From Vicugna vicugna (taxonomy: Eukaryota): a stretch of 64,000 nt of DNA. A program made the translations under genes and the position numbers. Within the stretch, counting starts at the first letter, position 1. Each line of letters opens with the position of its first letter. The notes beneath the pieces were generated by a model. That model did not search any database, was not told the origin of the DNA, and was given only the letters and a program-made list of their open reading frames with translations. The stretch lies in the NCBI GenBank assembly GCA_013265495.1, contig MU061579.1, positions 3,531,319 to 3,595,318 of the forward strand, given 5' to 3'. Positions 53,436 through 64,000 of this stretch are shown piece after piece.

Positions 53436-54430
53436 ATTCCAGTTTTTCTTTCAGAATGTAAAGAGTTTGCAAATCATTATTTTTACTCTCACAGGAAAAA
53501 GAAAAACTGAACAAACTGAAATGCAACTTAGATCTATCAGGGTATTGAGGTCACAGGACAAGTTGCCGCTCTGAAAACCCGAGAGAGGAGTGACTTCAGG
53601 GAATACAGATCAGCATATCTGAAGCAGGAGTCACTGGAGCCTCTGAATGGTAACTTCAAAGAATTGCTGAAAGCTGAATGTGGGCTAGCTTGAGAGTTAC
53701 ACACTCCTGGTTGCCCAGGCTAAGGGGGCACTCCATACTCAGAGGTTTTACCTCTAAGAACCCCACCAACTTATCCCAAAGAAGATCAGAGAAAAATCCC
53801 CTTTTGTTTGGCCAGGGAAAGGGGAAAAGTAATCATTCTGAAATACACCTATGGGAAAGTTAACCATTTTGAAATAAGCCCAAAATGTTCACCGCAACAA
53901 AGTCCTATCTAGAAAGTCCTTCACCAGAGCCTGATCCTGTGTTTTGGATCAGGCTCTGGTTTGGGGAAAGGGAAACTAACCAACTCCAGCCCCTGTAGCC
54001 TTCCTGTCTTAACTGAGGGAAAGGAAGCTAAGAAACACTTGCAAAGGTCACAGAACAGAGCATATATCAGTTAAGGGACTGGAACCTAATCACAGGTTTA
54101 CTGACTACTTGCCCTCCCTCAACATTTAGCAATACATCAACAGGACTCCTGTATAATAACAGAGGATACAGCTGAAGGTTTTTCAAGGCTCAGACTCTAC
54201 CTAAGAAGGAGCCCAGGGAAGACTAAGACAACAGGGGAGACAAATAAGGACTTTGAAGGAAAGAGATGCTAGTGAAACCTACAGTTACAGCAAGCAGTAA
54301 ACACAGACCAACTCCTAGCAAGATAAACATAAAACTTCACATTAAAAGACCATTTATCACAGTTCCTATCACCTAACACATTACGCCCAGCTTTCAACAA
54401 AAAAATTACAAGGCATGCTGAAAGGCAAAA
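53436..54430 (+). mobile_element. Old L1 5' region (L1MC/L1MD 5' end-like)
   Basis: ctgaacaaactgaaa...gaggtcacagg, ccaactccagccc, taacacattacgcccagctttcaacaaaaaaattacaaggcatgc. Confidence 0.7.
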
Positions 54431-55921
54431 CCACACATGCATACATATATATACACACACAAACACCCACAAAGGCAACATATATTTGATTTTAAAAGGA
54501 ACATTTTTTTTGATCTTGGAAATTATTCAGATATTTAGTAACATTTTCTAGAAATGTGGGCAAAATTGAAATAAGAGAAAAACATGTGGGGATTACCACA
54601 TCCCTAACAAAAACCAAATCACTATATTTGTTTTTTCCTACTTAACATAATTGTAGAATACTTGGCAGATATAAGCAATACATCTTTCAATTTTCATCTG
54701 TTTCAATGCAAGTGATTTCTGAGTTGTGCCAAATCCTTTTGGAATGTCATGTCCATATTATTATTATTCAGAGTTTTATAGTTTATAATTTCTCCATCAT
54801 TAATGAAGCTAATGCGATAAGCTGAGAAAAACAATAATAATCAACTTCAACATTGTCAAATGTACAAAGGCCATGATATAGCAGAGGTGCTTTCGATCTA
54901 TATTTCCATCTTAAAGTTGCTTTTTGCTACAATATACAGACATTCATCTACAGCATAAAAAATTTGGAACCTGGCAATCAAAAACCAACAACTGTTTCAA
55001 AATGCTCTTATTTTAATGTTGCCCAATGAGCATTAATATTTTTCTACCTAAGCTTGTTGAAAATAAAGGTTTCAATTCATTAAGGAAGATGAAAACACAA
55101 ACTAGCCAGGCTAAGTGTAGCCAAACTGTATACATTAGAAAATATTTACTTTCCAATTCAACAGAAATATTGAATAATGGGTACTATTTGATTCTCATGC
55201 TCAGTAATATGGATTCTGGGAAATATTTAACAGATTGGGAATTCTCAGTCACATTTTGATTTGCAGCTACTTAGAGGCTATCAGTAATTCAGACTATAAG
55301 GAAAAATAATAGTTTCCATAGTTGTTTGTTTCATCCATTTTGCTATGTTTTTCTAGGAAGGTCAGAAAGGGTTTTCTATTGCAAAATACATTTCACAGAA
55401 AATAATGAAAGTCAACCACAATTTTACTAAGAATTTATCAAACAGCATTTTTGTTGCCAATCTTTATGCATTGTGTATAAAAACTCAAAACTTTCCACTC
55501 TCCATTCCATTATTAAAGTCATATTACTGATATATACACTGTCAGGCCACAGGTTATGGCTTTGAGATTTTTTGACATGCTTTAGTTATAGTAGGTATTA
55601 TAACATTTCTTTGTGAATGATACATGTAGACTTTTAGGTGTCTTTGGGACATGCAGAAATGCCCATAAAGACATCCATAACTTTCAAATTGCTTGTACAC
55701 TTGTACAAAAAAAAAGTGTGCATTTCACAAAGCCTGCTTCACTGTATGTTACTCTTACGTGGCCAGGTTTGAGTTTTGTATGTCCACATGGAGTACATTC
55801 GTACTCTGAGGATACAAATGCATTTTTAGACAATAAATGTTTCTTAGCCACATTTAGTCTGAGGTTTTATGTTTGCAATATATGGATAAAGATAACATGT
55901 ACTTCATAGAAGGGTAAAAAT

Positions 55922-56130
55922 GAGGGACTTGTAAAATTTTTTCCTGAGAGGGCCAGGTAGTAAATATTTTCAGCTTTGCAAGATAAGGTTTCTACTGCAA
56001 CTACTCAGCCCTGCCAGTGTAGCATAATAATGTGTATTCCAATATGTACAGTTGTGTTCCAATAAAAGTTTACTTATAAAAACAGGCAGTGGACTAGATT
56101 TATCCCACGTGACATAGTTTGCCAGCCCCT
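55922..56130. mobile_element. MER58A hAT MITE
   Basis: agggccaggtagtaaatatttt, gcaactactcagccctgcc, tgtgttccaataaaagtttacttataaaaacaggcag and tagtttgccagcccctg. Confidence 0.85.
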
Positions 56131-56229
56131 GTCTACAGAAAACAATCGTTTACAATTATAGTACTCACCCTTGAAACACATACATGCTAAAAAAAGGGAA
56201 AGGTTAGTAAAGTAGACTATGTAATGGGG

Positions 56230-57270
56230 AATGGGGAGGGAACTACTTTAAGCTCAAAGAAATACAGTGAGCAAAATCAAAGGCAAGAAACAATTAGAAA
56301 AATAGGTTTGAAGCACACATCACAGATATATATTAATTACTTTTATAACTAAAACATATCTACAAAGCAAATAAGCAAAGGACCTACTACTCAGTAGAAT
56401 AATCTGCAAATTCTATAAACAATCCATTTCACAAAAAGTGAAAAACAAGTAGCCCTCAAACATGGAAAATGCTCAGTTTCACTCATTATAATTTTAATCT
56501 GCCTAGTTTTCAGTTTATTTGTATATATGAGTTAAGATTTAGACTAAAATTATATTATATATATTTAGTATATACATATACATATATACTTGATTAGTCT
56601 TAGAAAATGCTAAAAACTTGATTACATTTTATAGGCCACACTATGGAAAAGTAGGCAATTTGACTGCTGAATCAAAAATAAATTGGCACAAAACCCTGTG
56701 GACGGCAACTGGGAATGTCTAACAGTTGTACTTCTAAGTATTTATCCAGTAGATACATCAGATATTCGTAAACTGATGCATTTACTAGGTGAGTCTTTAT
56801 TTTTTATTTAATTATTTTTTTTTCCTTTGGTAATGGCAAAAGTTTAGCAATAGGAATGGGTTCTATAAATGATGGCATATAGATGCAATGGAATACAATC
56901 ATCTTAAAAACTAAAAAAGGTTCCTATGTATTGATATGGATGAATTTCCTATGTATTATTAATTTCAAAAGCAAGATGAAAAAGAGTGTATAAGAAATAT
57001 TATTTTTCTTTAAAAATAATATATATTTATGATCTAAATGATTGTAAAGAGACATATTATGGATAATTAGTAATAATTACGAGATGTAAGTAGAAGGAAG
57101 ACAGTGCTCCACAATGATTACACTTCAATTGTCATTGAGTTCAAATTGTAGGTTGGGCATCCGGGGAGGGAGGGAAACTCTAATCTTCACTGATTACATT
57201 TTAATACTCATTTTGAATTTGAATTATGTAAATATAAAACCTACTCAAATATTAATAAAAAATAAAAGTA
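56230..57270 (+). mobile_element. L1ME-type ORF2 end / 3' UTR relic
   Basis: aaacatggaaaatgctcagtttcactcat, ataaatgatggcatatagatgcaatggaatac and ttttgaatttgaattatgtaaatata. Confidence 0.7.
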
Positions 57271-57799
57271 TATATATATAAACATACATGCACAGCTGAT
57301 CAACATCTAAATATAGTTATTCACATCTCTGTCTGAGTTCAGATCTTAGACATGGATTCAAACAAATAAAGAAATGTAGATGTTGATAGGTTATAACCCT
57401 TGAATGAAACAATTACAGATTAAATGTAATGGAAATTTCCTCATACTTTGATATTTAGCCAACAATACCTTAAAAAAAAAGTGTACTAGCTCTTACATCC
57501 TCACAAAAAGCCTTACTTTATAAGTGGAGTTGATAAGGGAGGACAGATTTTATTCTGTTTATTGGGCACCACAGTAATACCAGGGACAAGTATTTACTCT
57601 CCATCGTGGGTTAAAAAATGCATTTATCTGACTAGTTAAAAAAAAAAAAAGCAGTTATTTAAGCTTTAGAATGCCTAGGTTAAAAAGAAATTGGGCAAAG
57701 AATACAGTATCTTGTCAATGCTGATAATTACCAGAAATGCTATTAAAGAAGAATAAAGCATGATGTTTACTATCACTTAAATCACTGCAAAATATAAGG

Positions 57800-58025
57800 A
57801 ACCTTTGTCGTGGAGAGAGCATAGGACTGAAGTTTCAAAACAGTGATTACAATCTTAGCTCCACCACTTAGGAGCTGTCGATCAATTTCCCTAGTTTACT
57901 TTAATAATTCATAACATACTGAAAATATTCCCTCAGTCAGAGTCACAGTCAGATTTAAATATATAATAGATGTAGAAGTGCTCATCACCACACTGCCCAC
58001 TCTGCAAGCATTAATTAATATTATT
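57800..58025 (+). mobile_element. MIR SINE (degraded)
   Basis: gtggagagagcataggact...aatcttagctccaccactta. Confidence 0.6.
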
Positions 58026-58959
58026 TGACTCTGGACTAGTGTCTATATATTTATATATAGTGTCATTATAACTTAATTGATATATACTCACATATATATA
58101 TTATATATAGTGTCTTTACAAATGTAAAATGGCTTTTTTTAATAAACCACTCCATGTTGTGGTACTGTTGAATCAGAGACCAAGATTGTAAAACATGAAA
58201 GATTACTTGGGCATTTTTCTTTGACAGAATTTGTTACTTTAAGTGAACATATTTTATTAAATTAAATTAACTGATTGTCAATTTTATTCCTTTCCAAAAC
58301 AGTTCTGAGAAGCAGTGTGAACAGAGCCTGAGTTTCATTTTTGAGCTAAAAAACATAGTTATTCACTAAGTGCAATCACCTGAGATTATAAAGCACCTGT
58401 AAATAAAATTCATTTCTATTCTTATCAGAATCAATAGCCTCACACTTCAGGTATCTTCTACCCCTTGAAATACAACTTGTTCCTGAAACTTTTAATCAGA
58501 AATATCTGTACAGTTTGCTAAAAATAATGACTACAGTAACAACCACCACAATTAATGATTCTTTCTTTATCCTAAATCAGAAAGCAAGTTTGGTAAATGC
58601 CCCCTTTTCATTCTCCATCTACACCCATCACTTTATAATTTGAATCTTTTAGATAAAAGTATATGACCTGTATAAGTATATGACACTATACATATATAAT
58701 TTATATAGAGTCAATATAGATATATGACTCTCATGTATCACCAATAAAGATTTGATAGTGCCAAAAAAAATCAAATTCTTACAATATGCCAGAATTAAAC
58801 ATGTACAATAAGGACTAATCATTTAAAGCTGTGTATTATTGGCATATAAATAGAAAGAATAATGGGAAAAAAGGTATTATTTCAATATGTGGGAATAAAT
58901 GGGTTTGGGATGACTAACTTCCATTGTGGAAAAACAATAGTCTAATCTATAACGTATAA

Positions 58960-59264
58960 AATGAAGTAAAACTTCAGAAGCACACAAGTATTTAAAAATG
59001 GTTTAAATAGGGCTACACCAAGCCAGAAGTGTTTAAGAGTGCACCTCAACAGGAGTGCCTGGAGAAACTTACACAGAAAAAGTATGGAAGTAAACAAGGA
59101 CATCACTGATTGCCTATAGTTTAAAGCCTAGTTAGCTGTTTGGGATTGGTTGTCCTTAGGCTTTGATTTTATAACTCCCCATTGAGATTTTGGTTTGCTT
59201 ACATGGGGAACCATTGCATTAGAGCCACCTCACCTACTGGCCTCCTTGTTTAATTACTTTAACA
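58960..59264 (-). mobile_element. ERV1 (MER4-group) LTR, same family as 20650-20898
   Basis: ttttggtttgcttacatggggaacc...gcattagagccacctcacc...ttaattactttaaca; left boundary uncertain. Confidence 0.7.
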
Positions 59265-60075
59265 GTACATTGAGATACTGATTTTCACCTGTCAGCTTTG
59301 TAAAAGCCAAATGTTAGTAATACTTTATGTTTGTGACGATGTGGAGGAAAAGGCTGATAAAAACGTCACTGGAAATCAGTAAAGGACATGTAATATGTTT
59401 CAAACATATATAGTCTTTTTAATTATATATGTGTGTGTATACCCATATCTGTGTCTATATCTATATCTAGGTCTAAGTCTCAATCTAGGTCCATACCTTC
59501 TAACCCAATTATTCCACTACTAGAATTTATTCTAGAGATACTAGATACACATTATGCATTCAGGAAGGAACAGGGATGCCCAGCATTGAAATGATCAACG
59601 TGTACATTTATTCACAGGAGCACTGTTCACAACAACTAAAGCCTGGATACAAATGCACACACGTAGGTACTGATGATATAAACTGTGGCACATATTTACA
59701 ATCAAATATTTTTTTCAAATATTATACACACACATATACACAAATCAGTAAAGATGGAGAGCACTTTTTAGATACAGATAGGTAAAGACCATCAAAATAC
59801 ACTGTTACAGTGAAAAAAGCAAGCTGTCCAACAAAGGGTATTCTATCCTAGGTTTCTCATAAAAAAATGAAAACATAAATATATATTTTTGTTATTTAAA
59901 TATATCCTGGAAGGCTAAACAAGAAAGTAATACAAGTGCTTATCTCTGGTAGTGAGATTCCCAGATAGCAGGTCAGGATCCAGGAAGACTGAGAACTTGT
60001 GGAGCAAAACTCTTGATACTTTTCACCTGTTTGCTTTTGCAAATCATGTGGTTGTATTATCTATCAAAACGTGAC
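59265..60075 (+). mobile_element. L1ME-type 3' relic
   Basis: tgagatactgattttcacctgtcag, acccaattattccactacttagaatttattcta and gtgaaaaaagcaagctg. Confidence 0.7.
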
Positions 60076-60751
60076 TTAGAGAAAAGAAAAAGAAAACAAA
60101 ACTGCAGAGCTGATTCAGTGGCTGTAAGTCATTAGCAGCAGAACAACCTGGAGGCTTTGCTGGATGCCCAGGAATGTTATTTGCACCTTTGCAGGTTCAG
60201 TTGCATAACAATGGCTGCCTGAGGGTCTTTTTTTCCTTTTTTTTTTTTTTTGGTCTTTTCCTCATTCTTGACCCTTTTCCCATGGAGCTTTTTCTCAGCT
60301 AATGTACAAGAATTTAAACTTCTCCAGGCAGTCACTATAGACAGAAACAAAGAACTGTTAACCAACTTTTTGAGCAGCATTTTCAGGTTAATTTGTACCC
60401 TTTTAGCATTAAGTTCACAGGACAGTGGCTCCCTTCCAAACACTGGGCTTCCTACATAGAGAAAGAGAAACAAAGTTCACAAACATTGTCTAACTTAACA
60501 TGCAAATAATTCCTAAACTGAATTAATACTCAAAACATAGAGGTAAGAATAAAAGATCCTACATGTTAAATTGTCTAAAGTCACACAAAATAAAGTGATT
60601 CCGGCTGAGTGCTAAGCTATACCTTTGGCTTCTCTCTCCAGGAAACCATGCTGCTAGTATTGAAGTCTTTACACAGGGACCCACTGTCTCTAGAATGGAT
60701 TCAGCTGAGGTTATTAATTACCCGTAGTTCTAGATGCTGATTTTCTGTTGC

Positions 60752-61680
60752 TGTGGAAATCAGTGAAGACTGAGCAAATGAGAACAAGCAAAGACCTATT
60801 TATTTAAAGCCTGCCCTAGATAAGGGAGTCAGCCACCATCATTTGTTTTTGGTAGAGATTCAAAGGTAGGCAGAGCAGTGGGAAAGCCTTATGATGAAAA
60901 AAGGGAAGGTTCCCAATCTGCTGTGATTGGAGACTGTTGGCATGGGGAAGCTGGAGTTGCTTAAGAAGGAAGGTACCCTGTGAGAGGGGTTAGGAGGATA
61001 TGTTTGGGTTCTTCTGCTAACTAAAAATTGACACTTGCCATTTGCCTCTGCAAGGATTGGATCGCATTGGCATTTGCCATCTAACTCTGTTTGGATTAAA
61101 TCATGAGCCGCTGTAGCCACTGACCTCCAACACACCCTGAATAGATTTCAGGATGGATGTCAGAAATGAGGTGCTCTGTGCTCCAAGAAAACTGATTGAA
61201 CAGGCCTTCAGATAGTCAGATATTTTCAGGAGAAGATTTTATGACCCCAATTCTTGTGTCTCCTCAAATCTAGAAAAGAACTAAAATCATTCACGGTGAC
61301 ATCTGCTCCTCGTGACTAGCAGCAAACCTCTGCCTAGATGTGTGCTTGACTGCACGTACCGCCCCCTTCACTGAAATGACATATATAATACTGAATTTCC
61401 CCTCTGCCTCTTTGGAACAGTTTCTCAGAGCTTTCTGGGATGCTGTCTCCTGGGTTATAGTCCTCATTTTGCCTCAAATAAAACTTAACCCACAACTCTC
61501 ATGTTGTGTGATTTTATTTCAGTTGACACTCCAGATGGTGCTAAGATGGAAGTAGGGGCAAAATTTAGGGATGGTGTCTGTCACTAAACAAGTCCTGACA
61601 TGTTCCTGCAGAGACTGTGTGTCAGGGTCCTGTTTTTATGAATGGTCTGCCCTGTGTCCCTTTGTACATTCAGTCTCTCA
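60752..61680 (-). mobile_element. ERV1 LTR, MER90a-like, split by a younger LTR
   Basis: Starts tgtggaaatcagtgaagac, contains agggagtcagccaccatca, ends tgtacattcagtctctca; flanks ttgc / ctgc (TSD with one mismatch). Confidence 0.8.
61015..61528 (+). mobile_element. ERV1-type solo LTR nested in the MER90-like LTR
   Basis: tgctaact...gttgaca termini; flanks cttc / ctcc; AATAAA at 61477-61482; 3' half homologous to the LTR at 39397-39867. Confidence 0.85.
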
Positions 61681-61732
61681 CTGCCTTCAAAGAGGGCACT
61701 CTCCATTGCGAGAAACATATGACCAAGATGGC

Positions 61733-62108
61733 TGACAAAACACACTTTAAACACAAAATTTTTCATTGCCCTGTTAAACCTTCCCTTTCTCCATTAGCGT
61801 GTGTTGTGCATATGCATTAACCAGCCCTCCTTAGGAGATAACCTTTCTTCTTAATCTTGTAACGGGTCACAGTGACCCATTACTTGCTTTCTACGTGTAG
61901 ATCTGGATTGTGTAAACTGTCCATAAATGTCATTTGGCATATAACACTGTCTCAAAAACGTATGTGACTGTGCTTTGGCCTCTAACAAATGGGACAGTCC
62001 TCAGAGCTTTCTGAAAGACTGTCTCTTGAGTTATAATCCTCAAGTTGGCTCAAAATAAATTTTTCCCTTTCTTTCTTAGATCAACTGTTGATTCATTTTT
62101 CATCAGCA
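61733..62108 (+). mobile_element. ERV1-type solo LTR nested in the MER67-like LTR
   Basis: tgacaaaa...tttcatcagca; flanks tggc / tagc; homologous to the reverse complement of 25416-25881. Confidence 0.75.
61865..61877. promoter_or_regulatory. Perfect consensus estrogen response element motif GGTCAcagTGACC (function unproven)
   Basis: Exact match to GGTCAnnnTGACC; the palindrome extends to gggtcac-a-gtgaccc at 61864-61878. Confidence 0.5.
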
Positions 62109-63462
62109 TAGCCTTAGCATTCCCCTCAGCCCAACTAAACTTTAGACACTTTTCTTCCTGAGTTTCCTCACTCTAGGACTCTTCACCTCTTCTTCTTCAA
62201 GCATTTAATTTGGAAAACTTGTAAATTCTGCCCCTTTGGATCCAAACCTTGAAAAGGCTCTTGCCAGTTTTACAGCCCAGGATTCTATTTCTCAGGGTCC
62301 TGGAAGCCATTCTTCTGAAATAAATCATCAAGGATGATAGTGCCTCGTCTTCCAGTCTGTGGGAGAGCGGGAGCCTGACTTCTAACTTTCTAGGACACCT
62401 TGTTACAGATTGTAAAACTGCCTCCCATGAAGAAGAGAAATTTTTCTATCTTTAGGTAAAGCCAAGCAGCAAACACAGATGGTCTGTGAACTTCCCTAAT
62501 TTCAGCTCTTAAAATTTCTCCCAATCTTTGCTTTATTGGAGTTGAGTTCAGACTCTCTCTCTCCTATTTCAATAATTTCAAATAAAGCCTTCTTTACCTA
62601 TTCAACTTGATCTGGTGCAAACTTTGCTTTGTCACATTCATCATAACTTTAGTGTTATATATTTTTTTCCTATTCTATACTTTACAGAATAAAATAGTTA
62701 AATGTGAAAGGTAAAAAGACTAAAGTAAAATTACACTTTAAAGTGTTAAGAATAAAACAATAGATAAACAGATAAGACATTGGCTGAAACTCAATTAGCA
62801 CATTGAGTCTTATTTACATTACCATTTATTTAAAAAAGAAAAATAAACTTTGCTTTAAAACTTTTTGCAAAAAAAATTAATGATTAAAATAATAATTTAA
62901 AATAAAATGAGTTTAAACAGAGCCAGAGAAGATCTTTTGGGATAAGCAGCTTTGGCCTTTTCTTTTTTTTTTTTTAAATCTTCCCAAAAAAATCTGTGGT
63001 CATTGTTAACCACGTGGTTCCTGACGGGTGTTATCCCAAGATAATTTTATTTAACATTATGGTAGTTTCTCTAACTTTGGTCACTCTCCATACTTCTCTA
63101 AATACGATAATTTGTAGACTAAAAAGGGTTTATATTTGGCCCATACAAAAAGGGGTGAGTTTTGAAATGGCTGCCAAAAACAAACAAACAGAAGGAATGA
63201 ATTATTGTCTGGTCTAAAATTGAACTTCAGAATATTGATTGTAAACTCTTACTAACATTCCATTCACTAGGTCTAGGTAATTATCTCTTATAACCTCTAA
63301 AAAATCTTTAACTTGGAATTGTATGTAGACGTTTAAATAGCTAAGGGTTACTCAATCACACCAACTCTTTTACAAACAAACAAACAAAAAAACAAAAAAA
63401 ACTTCAACAAGTCTACACATGGAGAGAAAAAACTCTAATGTGGAATCGTTAACAAGCATTCC

Positions 63463-63588
63463 AGAGGGGGAGGGTATAGCTCAAGGGCTAGAACTTACAC
63501 TCAGAGTGATGAGGCCCTGAGTTCAATCCCCAGGACCTCCTCCAAAAATAAATAAACAAATCTAATTATCACCCCTCCAAAGAAAAAG
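63463..63588 (+). mobile_element. tRNA-derived camelid SINE (vic-1 type) with perfect 12-bp TSD
   Basis: gggggagggtatagctcaag...gagttcaatccccaggacctcc plus tail; AACAAGCATTCC at 63451-63462 and 63589-63600. Confidence 0.92.
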
Positions 63589-64000
63589 AACAAGCATTCC
63601 TGTATCAGCAGGGGGATGGTGATATGACTAGCCACAAGTTTCTGGCTAATCTGGCTTGACTTGATCATCTAGGTTTTAGTGCCATCTCCATCTACTCATT
63701 TAATGCCGAGTGCTCTTCATGACCCACAAAGACCCACATGAGAATGGGTGCATCCTTCTTTTAGGAATTTAACATCAATAGCAGACACTTTTGTCTTTTT
63801 TATCTATAATATAAAAAGACAAAATTTAAGTAGAGGCTCTTTATCAAATGTTTCAGTATTCATAATTGTATATCTTCTTAATTGTATTGAACTAGAAGTC
63901 TGATTCTCTTTAAAACACTGCCAAGTGTTTGCCACTGCTCTCCATTTCCTGAGAATGTTTGCTCCCTATCTATTCTATATCCTTAAAATTGCTGCAGTAG

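Larger units (their letters stand above)
61707..62634 (+). mobile_element. ERV1 LTR, MER67-like, split near its 5' end
   Basis: ttcccctcagcccaactaaactttagac, ctcttgccagttttacagcccagg, agcaaacacagatgg, ggagttgagttcag and aataaagcc; start position uncertain by a few bp. Confidence 0.7.

Noticed and set aside
60860..61135. ORF with repeated GKCQ motif (zinc-finger-like)
   Set aside because: It is the antisense reading of a short internal duplication in the LTR U3 and crosses an LTR/LTR junction.
1..64000. All ORFs in the six-frame track as protein-coding genes
   Set aside because: They are 60-148 aa, many have non-ATG starts, are low-complexity or repeat-derived, resemble no family I recognise, and do not form a frame-consistent exon chain.

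Overview
This is AT-rich, CpG-poor mammalian genomic DNA, most likely camelid (alpaca/camel lineage). The lineage call rests on three tRNA-derived SINEs of the camelid vic-1 type and artiodactyl-type L1 3' ends; I saw no Alu, B1/B2, Bov-A/BovB or PRE-1 copies. I find no credible protein-coding gene: all listed ORFs are short, resemble no family I recognise, and mostly lie in repeats. The window looks like a large intron or intergenic region full of layered transposon fossils (L1M relics, L2, MIR, MLT1/MLT2, LTR16, MER74, MER90, MER67, MER58A, MER5A, Tigger). It also holds several younger ERV1-type solo LTRs with readable target-site duplications (TSDs) and one 108-N assembly gap flanked by a probable false duplication. 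The most interesting observations are a doubly nested LTR cluster at 60.7-62.6 kb carrying a perfect estrogen response element, a perfect 15-bp inverted repeat inside an old L1 5' region, a 30-bp dispersed direct repeat, and a few CpG-retaining unique patches with splice or enhancer motifs. I do not see evidence for a new biological system. Repeat subfamily names come from my recall of consensus sequences, not from a search, and boundaries of old repeats are approximate.
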